Below are positions 45,295 to 55,913 of a DNA stretch of 64,000 nucleotides, piece after piece. The notes beneath the pieces are model-generated. The model had not been told where the DNA came from, did no database searches, and was given only the letters and a program-made list of their open reading frames with translations. Numbering within the stretch: the first letter of the stretch is position 1; every line of letters begins with the position of its first letter. The position numbers were made by a program, and so were the translations under genes. The stretch comes from Octopus vulgaris (lineage: Eukaryota): positions 16,368,001 to 16,432,000 of the forward strand of contig OX597840.1 in assembly GCA_951406725.2 (NCBI GenBank), written 5' to 3'.

Positions 45295-45605
45295 AATATT
45301 TGCTGGTAGGCTGCGATTTGGCACAGTAGAGATAACTCTCTCAAAGCATTGGGTGTTAAAACACCTGAAGGTTGTGGACAGGTGAGATAACTCACCTCTG
45401 ACCCCATTCAAGAGTGATGGACATCAATGTCTCACCATTTCTGTGGCTTTTCAGCCACAAAAATGATGAAACAGCAATGTACATTACTCCTGAATGAGAT
45501 ATGGGGTGAGTTGCTTCACCTATCCATGACTCTCAGGTGTTTTAACACACGGCACCTAGAGAGAGTGGTCTCCACCATGCTAATTCGCAGCCTACTGGCA
45601 AATAC
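45295..45605. mobile_element. Imperfect fold-back MITE
   Basis: tatttgctggtaggctgcga...gtgttaaaacacctga is mirrored by tcaggtgttttaacac...tcgcagcctactggcaaata. Confidence 0.7.
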
Positions 45606-45694
45606 ACAGGGTCAGTGCGTTCAATAAATGTAGTCGATAATGTTTATTACGCTAGCATTGCTTCTATTTCGTATTTGAATATATATATATAATT

Positions 45695-45955
45695 ATTATT
45701 TTGGGTATCGAAGAGATACCGCCACACTGGAAATAGCAGCCAAAACCTGACCCTAAAACCACATTAAATGTTCATACAGCACCAGGAGAGAACACAAAAA
45801 GACAAAATAAAGTAGCAAAAATTACTGGATAATTTGCTAGTTTATTTTGTCTTTTTGTCATTTCTCCTGGTGCTGTATGAAGATTTAATGTGGTTTTAGA
45901 GTCAGGTTTTGGCTGCTATTTCCAGCGTAGCGGTATCTCTTTGATAACCTAAATT
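45695..45955. repeat. Fold-back palindrome within TA-rich flanks
   Basis: aagagataccgc...ctggaaatagcagccaaaacctgac...aaaagacaaaataaa is mirrored exactly or nearly so; centre about 45826. Confidence 0.85.
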
Positions 45956-47549
45956 AAAATTTTAATAATAATCATTACTTTGAAGGTTTTTATTCCCATG
46001 CTGGCCACTTGTTTGGTATATAAATTAATGATCTTATTCTTATTTATATATATTTATATATATATATAATCATTCTTTTATAAATTTCCGTATTATAACA
46101 AACATTTCTTATTCTAATTTCTTTGTTCCCAGATTTTCTCAGAGGAAAAACAAAGAAACAAAGAAACAAAAAAAAAACAAGAAGAAAAATACAACAAAAA
46201 ACCAAAGTCAAGGTAAACAAACCAGGAACGGAAAATGATTTTAATCTACGCAGTATCTCTAATAATGCTGACGGCATTGGTAAATGGTAATTATGAATTG
46301 CTTTTAATTTTAATACTAATTACTTGTAGTAACTGGAGGTACATGGCCTAGTGGTTAGAGCAGCGGACTCGCAGGTTCGAATCACAGACCAGGCAACGTG
46401 TGTGTGTTTATGAGCGAAACACCTAAGCTCCATGCAGCTCCGGCAGAAGGTAATAGTGAACTTCTGCTGACTCTTTCGCCACAACTTTCTCTCACTCTTT
46501 TCTCCTGCATCTTGCAGCTCACCTGTAACGGACCAGCATCCTGTCCAGGTGGGGAACCTATATGCCAAGGAAACGGGAAAAACGGCCCTAATGAGCCAGG
46601 CGTGGCTCGAGAAGGAACAAACAAAAAACAGTAGTAGTAGTTGTAGTAATAGTAGTGGTGGTGGTGGTGGTAACAACAATATTTTTTCTTTTAATATTTA
46701 TAAGCAACAGTTCCGACATTGTCTGGGCAAGTGGCTTAGGGCTGGCCAATGCCTTCTATGTGGCATTTGTTTGACAGAAATTGTGCAGATACCTGTGGTG
46801 GTGGTGGTGGTGGTGGTGTGTGTGTGTGTGTGTGTGTGTACATTCATACATACATATATATATAAAGATATTATTATTAATAAAAATAACAATATAAGTG
46901 GCTAGCAAGCATAAAATAACCATAAAGGTGAAATTATTAATTTATAATCAGGGTACAAGATAGTACACAGCATTGCTAGAAATCTCTATGTATATAAACG
47001 GCAAAATGTCTGTGTGTGTGTCCTTTATACAAATCCACAATTTTTCAGTTAGAAGGCTCGCACTTTCTATGATCATTCAAAATCGTCCAAGGGTGGTCGT
47101 GCACATCTTTACATTTCCCCAGTCACCCCGTAAAGCCATTAAAAAATCAATAGAAGTAACTTTTTTGTGAATTGCTGGGTCATAGTGCTTGTAAGAAATA
47201 AAATGCACACACATATATATAGGCACAGGCGTGGCCAGGTGGTAAGAAGCTTTCTTCCTAACCATATGGTTCTGGGTTCAGTTCCACTGTGTGACACCTT
47301 GCACAAATGTCTTCTACTATTGTTTCAGGCTGACCAAAGACTTGTGTGTTGATTCGGTAGACGGAAACTAATAGAAGCCTGTCGCATATACATGTGTGTG
47401 TGTGTGTGTGTCCGTGTCTGTGTTTTTGTCTTTCACCACCATTTGAAAATATTGTTGGTGTTTATGTCCCTGTAATTTAGTGGTTCAGCCAAAGAGACTG
47501 ATAGAATAAGTACCAGGCTTAACAAAGAAAAAAATTTTAGTCATACAGT

Positions 47550-48058
47550 TGCAAGACAATGGCACTTTCTCTGAGGAGATATTTCTCAGCAGATTCCTTC
47601 AAGGAACTGCACTGGGCCCCCTCTTGTTTGTGATGGCTCTTTCTCAGACATGCCCTCTACCATACAGTCAACCACTCTCACCATCCATGCTGTTGATACA
47701 AAAGCATTACAAGTGGTCAAAGACACTGATGACATCCTAAAACTGCAGAAAGACCTCAATGCAATTTACATGTGAGCTGATGAAAATAACATGCAGTTCA
47801 ATGCCAAAAAGTTTCAAACACTCCACCATCAGCCCACAAATTGACTGCAATCGGAATACATGGGACCAGGGCGTAGTGCACACCAGAATCAGAGTTTGTG
47901 CATGACCTGGGAATCCACATGAATAATGATGCAATGTTCCACGTGCATATTACCTAGATGGCAATACTATGCAAGCGAGTTGCTGGATAGATTCTGAGAT
48001 CATTCAGTACCAAGAAAAAGGATACCATACTACTCCTATGGAAAACTTTCTTTCTCTA
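47550..48058 (+). mobile_element. CR1-type LINE RT fragment
   Basis: QGTALGPLLF, AVDTK (decayed YADDTK), LQKDLNAIY, NNMQFNAKK. Confidence 0.8.
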
Positions 48059-48059
48059 G

Positions 48060-48730
48060 CAGTTACACTTTCAGCACACCCACCCCCGCTACTGACTTGG
48101 TCACCTAGATAACGGAAGCTATCAACTACTTCTAGTTTTTCCCCCTGGAAAGTGACGGAAGTTGTTTTCTGCAGATTTTCAGTGTTTATTGCTCTTGAGC
48201 ATCTGCCACATACAAAAACTATCTTCCCAGTTAGCCTTCCATTGACATTGCTGCACCTCTTATGTGTCCATAGCTTACACTGGGTACATCTTATAGAGTT
48301 TCTACCTACGCCTTTTCTACAGATCGAGCAGGGTCATCTACCTGAAGGCATTTGTGGTTTGTCTACCTTCCTACTTATTAGGACTTTGGTTTTAGCTAGG
48401 TTGACTCTAAGGGCCCTTGATTCTAAACCCTCCTTCTACACCTGAAAATTCTCCTCCAGTTCTGATAGTGACTCAGCAATTAGAGCAAGGTCATCAGCAT
48501 AGAGGAGCTCCAGGGGCATCCTGTCTTGAATTCCTCCATAATTGCCTGGAGGACTATGATAAGTAGGAGGGGGATGAGGACTGAACCCTGGTGGACCCCA
48601 ACCTCTACCTTGAATTCTTCAGTGTACACGTTGCCAACCCTAACTTTACTTACAGCATCTCTTGCACAGCTCTCACCAGCCATTCATCTATCCCTAGTTT
48701 CCTAATTGACCACCAGATAAGGGATCGGGA
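48060..48730 (-). mobile_element. RTE LINE RT fragment
   Basis: Reverse complement of about 24285-24965. Confidence 0.93.
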
Positions 48731-50136
48731 TATATATATATATATATATATTTTTATATATAACAAATTGAGATAGGGGTTGTGAGTGCAACTCACCATG
48801 GGATAACATATATCCAATATACTGCCAGTAAAGCACCCAACAAAGCTAATACATAAATGTTAAGAATTGTGATGCAATTAATTCATTTATTGTATTATAT
48901 GGGCGAAGGTAAAATGTTTTACCACAAATTCATAATACAAAATAAGAAAATGGAGAAATACACCTTAATCAATAATTTTCAAAAATTTTTGAGGAAAATT
49001 TTCCAAAAATTCTTCAAAAATTCTTGGGAAAAATTGTCAAAAAATTTTGAGGAAAATTTTGAAATTTTATAATCATAGTATATATACTTTCTCACACAAC
49101 AATTACAATATATTTATTTTAAATCATTTATTTATTTTAAATCGTTCATCTTTCTCCCCTATCTCTCTCACACACATTACTTTGGGTGCGAAAGAGTTTT
49201 GTTTTTATTTTACGCCGAGTAAAAAAGTGTTTTGTTAACAATCAATTTATTTAACGACAAAGAAACAAAGAGATGAGTAACAATTTGTCAGTGAATTGCA
49301 CAATATAAATGGGTACAATTTCCGAGGCTTCCACCACACCCACTTCGTTTCATGGACTACAAAAAGGGTTTTGTAGTATATTAGGAGGCCAGATTAGTTG
49401 ATTCCACACAAAAAAAAAAAACGTTTTTTTTTCTTTGTGAAAATCGTGCGAGTATTAATCTACAAATTGAACAACATTTTCCCATTCATTTCTGTTTATG
49501 AACATGTATGTGTGCACAAAACATGCAATAGGTGTACGTACGTACATGTGTGTTCGTGTCTGTTGCCCATATATATTTATATTATATTATATTATATATA
49601 TATAATATATATAATATATATAATATATATATATATATATAATATAACCAATTTCAACGGATTTTGTCCAAATTTGACGTCGATATTACTTAGTTTGGTT
49701 TGAAATTAAGAACTTGATTAGCTTAATAATTGTAACTTAATCCTGGGCAAGGCTGGGTTATACTGCTAGTGTATATATATAAATTCACATGCACACACAC
49801 ACACGTGTGTATGTGTACAGATGTGCATACATGATTGTTATACAGCTCTTTACATACACAAACGTACTACTTAAAGTTCATAGCTAAGCAGGTATTTTGC
49901 TTGGGACATTTGAAAATAACTTGTCTCAGTAATTCATCAGGTAGAAAAAAAATATGGCTATTTGTGAAAAAAAAAAATCGAACGTGAACCAAGTGTTAAT
50001 AGGGAGAAAGTGGGCGGCAGACAGTTAAGTGAGACAGTGGTGGTGGTCGTAGTTTGCTTATTTGTCAGCTAGAGATCGACTATTTGTTTTCATGTGAAAT
50101 TACTAAGAAGGTTGATAAAGTGTTTTGTCAGATGCA

Positions 50137-50227
50137 ATGAACTGTCTGATTATAAAGTCATGTAAATGCATATGGGTTTTGCTCATAATGTGTGTGTGTG
50201 TGAGGGAGAGAGAGGGAAGTCATTGTG
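50137..50227 (+). CDS. PTGS: Probable coding exon 1 (signal peptide) of cyclooxygenase/PTGS: MNCLIIKSCKCIWVLLIMCVCVREREGSHC+G
   Basis: ATG at 50137 opens 30 codons with a basic n-region and hydrophobic core (IWVLLIMCVCV). It ends at a phase-1 donor G|GTTTGT (50228) that joins in frame to the phase-1 exon at 53503, giving ...SHCAANPCC. GC box GGGCGG at about 50012. No homology check was possible, so less certain than the internal exons. Confidence 0.6.
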
Positions 50228-50515
50228 GTTTGTTTCTTTGAGTAATTGCATGTGCAATATGGCTTAAAGAAGTGAATATGAAAGAAGAAAGGTGGCCAGC
50301 TGGCGGAAACAGCCCACCAGGCAAAATGCTTAGCGGTATTTCATCTGTCTTTACGTTGAGTTCAAATTCCGCCAAGGTCGACTTTGTCATTCATCATTTC
50401 GGGGTCAATAAATTAAGTACCAGTTATGTATTGAATTGATCTAATCGACTGGCCACCTCCCCCCCAAATTTCAGGCCTTGTGCCTATAATAGAAAGGATT
50501 ATCATTATTATTATA

Positions 50516-50785
50516 TACTGGGATTGATGTAATCGACTGGTGCCCTCCCCAAAATTTCGTTTGGGGTTTGATTTAAATGACCCCAGTTGTGTACTGGGGT
50601 TGATCTAATCAACTGGCACCCTCCCCAAAAATTTTGTTTTGCATTTGATTTAAACGACCCCAGTTGTGTACTGGGGTTGATCTAATCGACTGGCCCCCTC
50701 CCCAAAAATTTTGTTTGGGGTTTGATTTAAATGACCCCAGTTGCGTACTGGGGTCGATCTAATCGACTGACCAACTCCCCCCAAA
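50516..50785. repeat. 77-bp minisatellite (about 3.5 units) derived from the family B SINE tail
   Basis: ccccagttg starts at 50581, 50658 and 50735. Confidence 0.9.
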
Positions 50786-51189
50786 AAACCTTGTGCCTAG
50801 AGTAGAGAAGAATATGTGAGAAGTGACGTTTTTGCATGTCTATCTGATCAAGATTTGGAAACGAAGTCGATTAATGTCTGTGGGATGAGGAACTGGGAGG
50901 ACCAAATATATTCCAAGTGATATGCAGAATAACTGTTATCTTACACTTGCTTTAGTCATTAGATTGCGGCCATGCTGGGGCACTGGCTTGAATGGTTTTG
51001 CCAAATCAACTCGTTACTTATTTTTTAAAGCCTGATATTTAATCCATCGATCACATTGGCTGAACTGCTAGGTTATGGAGGACATAAACAAACCAATGGA
51101 TCAAGCAATGGGAGAAAACACAAATACTTAGAGACACACAGATACACATACATTCATGCATGCATGCATACGTACATACATACATTATT

Positions 51190-52035
51190 ATGGCTACCCC
51201 CTCATTATCGAGTATGGCCATTGTATGAAGCTTAGCTGTTACTGGTACTGTGATCGAATGTGACTTTTTAGCCCAGCTAAAGATCTACAATGTCTTGTAC
51301 AAAATTGGTAACTAAAACTTTTACCGGTAATAGCCGGCTGTAGTTGTAACTGGGCTTCATGTACCTTTGCATGTTGTTTAAGTCCTCCTGCCGAATTACA
51401 CTCTCTTCCACATGCCCGACAGATATGATTAGTATGGTGTGTTACACCACCACCAGTGGCCAGGTTGTCACTCATCTCTCTCGCTTTATGACTACGAAGA
51501 TGACTCTTGAGTCCATCTTTACTGAGGCAGGGTCTTGCACAGACACTGCATGTCAGCATCATAGGAAGACCCTTCCTATCTGGAAGTGTAACAGCGATGC
51601 CCTTCCTGACATCCCTCCTTACTTTCTCATGTGCAACTCGAGATTTCTCAAAAGTGGCTGTTCCCTCGTGCACAATCCTTCTTCACCTGCTACGATCAGT
51701 AGCTATGCCTTCCCATGTGTCAGGAGAGATGCAAGCATCTCTTAAGGAAGCCTTCAGCAAGTCCTTATACCTCTTTTTTGGTTTATGTGGAGGTCGTTCT
51801 CCTTTAGCTAACTCTCCATAAAAGAGTTGTTTTGGCATCCTTGAATCCTTCATCCTGACCAGATGACCACTCCATCTGAGCCTTTGCTTTAACACAAGAG
51901 CTTCTATACTTTCACACTGAGAGCCTTCCAATATTTCAAGATCACTGATGCAGTCCTTCCACTTAATGCCATAGATCTGTCTGAGACACATCTGATGGAA
52001 ACGTTCCAGTTGTTTAAGGTGGTATTGATATGTGA
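51190..52035 (-). mobile_element. RTE (BovB-like) LINE 3' part with three C2H2-type zinc fingers, antisense to PTGS
   Basis: LERFHQMCLRQI...RLRWSGHLVRMKDSRMPKQLFYGEL...KRYKD, one in-frame stop at 51683, then CSVC...HLRSH, CRAC...HAKVH and a decayed YQFC...HIRSQ. Confidence 0.92.
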
Positions 52036-52053
52036 CATACATACATACATACA

Positions 52054-52084
<31 letters not shown>

Positions 52085-53502
52085 GCAACAAGCTTCTTTC
52101 AGATTCTCTCTCCCAGATCCACTCACAAGTTTTTGGCTATAGTAAAGATACTTGTCCAAGGTTCCATCTGAAACTATTTGGTTAGGAAGTAGACTTCATA
52201 TCACACAGACTGGTTTAATAAAACATGCGTGTACGAGTAAGTCTAAAGCTACTTACCATTTTGTCAAGTGAAAATGATTCTCCACATTGTCACAATTTAT
52301 TTTTAATTAGTAATTGTCCTGATTATATTTTAAAAGAAACTCATATTAAGTGTTATTTAGATTTTGTGTAATATTTTTCAGGAGAGGAAATTCCAAAGCT
52401 GTTTTTGTCTTGTCAAATGAGAATGACTCTCCATGTCCTGTCGCAAACTATCTTTAATTAGTAATTGTCCAGCTTATATTTCAAACTAGCTTAAAAGCTG
52501 CCCGATAGGGCATGGTAAACAACAGTGCCACCACCATCGCCACTACATCTGCCCTACACACACCATTCAGACTTCTGATGCCACCACCATCAGTACCTTT
52601 AACTTCCCCGCCTTCCCCTCCATCACCATCACCACCGTCTTTCACATTGCTTACTCTCATCCCTAACTGTCTCGGCTACCACCACCACCACCACCACCAC
52701 TGCCTCTGCCTCTATCACAACTACAGCTCATACTATTACTATCACCCCATTACCATCGCGAAAAGGCTAAATGTGTGTGTTCAGTACGTTACATCAACAT
52801 GTGGTCACCACCTCTTTCTCTCACATACCCACTCTTTCTCTCTTTTATTATTACTCCCACTGCTACCATCAACACTACTACTTTTAATAAAAACATCATC
52901 AACTCTCCCTAAATTTCTTTGTCTCTCTTTCTTGCCTCTCTTTTTCTTCATCTCTCTCTCTCTGTTTGTCTGTCTTCTCCACTGCCCTCACCATATCTAT
53001 GCCTACTATTACTCTCACCCCAATATGAGCAATAGTAGGAGTGTCAGTGAATAGTGAGAGAGGGCGGTCGAAGTGTGATATACTGTCACACAGAAAGTAG
53101 TTTTCATGTTTATCATATTAGAAGAAATCAGATTAGGACGTGTAGCTGAATTTTCTGCCATGTGACGTTGAGAATGTTTCCTCTTATCTAAACATGATAT
53201 TAGCTGCTATCATCGGTATTTTGCACTTTTCGGCAAAGCATAGATTGCAGGGCTCGTTTTACTCTCAAACCGGAATGTTCATGTCTGTGAACAATTCACA
53301 CAAACACACACACATACACACATGTTTATACGTATATATGTGTATGTGTGTATATGCACATGACATACATGCACATATGCATATACATATATATAGATGC
53401 ATTCTTGTATATTTTGAGACGTATATATATAATAGAACATTATATAATATAAGAACATTTTATACTTACTTTATTGATATCTTTAATTTCTTCTCTTTCC
53501 AG

Positions 53503-53622
53503 CTGCTAATCCTTGCTGCTCGTTTCCATGCCAACACAGATCTGTTTGTATGACCAAAGGATTTGATGATTATATGTGTGACTGTAGCCAAACAGGTTAC
53601 TATGGCAAAAACTGTGAAATAC
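53503..53622 (+). CDS. PTGS: Cyclooxygenase/PTGS exon, EGF-like domain: [39 protein letters not shown]
   Basis: Acceptor ttcttctctttccag, donor gtgagt, 120 nt, phase 1-1. Peptide matches the COX-2 EGF domain ([37 protein letters not shown]) with all 7 Cys conserved. This frame is absent from the ORF track. Confidence 0.97.
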
Positions 53623-54212
53623 GTGAGTTATCTGCTCTTCGTTATGTTTTCTTTGTATTTTGACCAGACTGTGGGCCTGTTTAGAGAGCATCAGGGAGGG
53701 CTCCAGTTTGGTTTCTGGACATTTCCAAATGTGATATATATGGGGTTTTATTTCAGTGACCTGAGATGATGACAAAGGGCAAAATTGAAGGCGGTCATCT
53801 CACAGAATTTGAACCCAGAAACAAAGAGAGAGAAAAGAAACTCAACAAAAGCCATTTAAATAACATAACCAAAACATTAAAATTCGACAAACTCTGGTCC
53901 CTGCCCTTACCAGTGTGTTATCTGATATGATAGCAGCAGTAGTAGATTTTATTACAGGCACAAGGCCTGAAACTTATGAGAGTAGGGCTAGCCACTCCCA
54001 TCGGCCCCAGTACTTGACTGGTACTTGATTTTATTGACCCCAAAAGGAAGAAAAGCGAAGTTGACTTTATTGGAATTTAAAACTTGGAACAGCTTCAAGT
54101 TGGACAAAATGCCATTAAACATTTTAGCAAGTGTGCAAAGGGTTCTGTCAGCTCACTGCTTTAATAATAATAATAATAATAATAATATTAATAATATTAA
54201 TATTAATAAAAA

Positions 54213-54769
54213 TTGCCCTGATGCAGTACCAGACAGTGGTTCTTATGGCTGCTGATCTTAACTGTTTGGAAGTGTTATTATGTACATTGTTTTCTCTTGG
54301 TATAAAAGATGAACTTACAGCAAATATTCTGCTCAATACCACAGATTTGCTTGTCAGTTGTTTGACCTTAGCCAGTTGAGCATGTCCCTTAGTGGCTGAC
54401 GATATGTGCATCTCTGATCACGAGCAGAAGTAGTTGGAGAGCATCAGAGCCATGTGTTGAGAGGCATTCTTTAGGGTTTGGATAATTCACCTTTGGAAAC
54501 ATGGGTGGTTCATTCAATATCCTTAAACAATCCTTATTCAGGGACCTTTTGTGCAGGATGGGCTACTTGACCAGAAGAAAGTTCTAACTGGGCCCCACCT
54601 GCAAGGTCATGTGCTGTTTATCTTGATATGAGATCACCATGTCACGCACATATGGTTGTGATGCATGTGCCTGGTGTACTCTTATCAGATGGGTAGTCAC
54701 GATGGGTATACTGGGCTTCGTATATTTTACCCCAGTGTCACTTTAATGGTATGCACTGCTCTCTCACTC

Positions 54770-54770
<1 letters not shown>
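54213..54770 (+). mobile_element. Non-coding interspersed repeat embedded in (AAT)n; inverted copy at about 39345-39730
   Basis: Two colinear copies, both starting at a (TAA)n tract; this copy has (AAT)n on both sides. Confidence 0.8.
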
Positions 54771-54807
<37 letters not shown>

Positions 54808-54959
54808 TAATAATAATAATAATAGTAATAATGAAGGCTTGACTTGATTTAGTAGTAGTAGATTAAAAGAATAATGTCTTCTACTATGGCCCCAACCTGA
54901 CCAATGCCTTCTGAAAGAATTTTGTCAAACAAAACTGTGTGGAAGACCATCGTGTGTGT

Positions 54960-55062
<103 letters not shown>

Positions 55063-55379
55063 TGTGTGTAAGGATTTATATGTTTCGGCTCTGTATTTCT
55101 GTGTATATCGCTAGCATAGCAGTTACTGCTATTTCCAATTGTGAGGTGTCTATCATTGACAAGGCCAAATGAGGCTGAAATCACATGATCTGGTTGTCCT
55201 GGCAGCAAAAGTAGTGGTGATTGTCCACTGTTGGTGATAGCCTTTATGTGCTTTTATGTACCAAAAAACCATATGAGAGTTTTCTCTATTGGTATTTATC
55301 GCAGTGTTATCATGTTCTAATACAACATCTACTTTTAACTGGGGAATATTTTACCTTTTGGTATTAACACTGCCTCTGC

Positions 55380-55454
<75 letters not shown>

Positions 55455-55463
55455 TATATATAT

Positions 55464-55880
55464 ATAGAATACAAAATGGGACAAGACCGCAAAACATCCG
55501 GACAGCAAGGTGATACAAAAATGGAAAACAAAACATCCAGATAGACGATACAAAGGAAACAAGGACAGGTCATTCGAAGTTTTCTTTCCTCAGTCAAACA
55601 CCAGATTATCCTCGCAATTTTGGCTGATTATTCCTGAGATTGCTCCAATCTGGCCAGCCCTAAAGAAAAACTAAGCTAAGAGCATTAGATTCCTTGGAAG
55701 AAAGCAGCAAATGTATACAAAAACAAGGACGGAAAAAACGGACAAAGTTACACAAATATTGAGGAAAGAAAACTTCGAATGACCAGTCCTTGTTTTTTTT
55801 GTATCATCTATCTGGATGTTTTGTTGTCCCTTTTTGTATTATCTAGCTGTCTGGGTGTTTTGCGTACTTGTCCCATTTTG

Positions 55881-55888
<8 letters not shown>
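55464..55888. mobile_element. (TA)n-flanked element with ~130-bp terminal inverted arms
   Basis: 55464-55592 is mirrored by 55759-55888. Confidence 0.8.

Positions 55889-55913
<25 letters not shown>

Noticed and set aside
53194-53553. 119-aa ORF overlapping the COX EGF exon
   Set aside because: Runs through microsatellite and enters the exon in the wrong frame.
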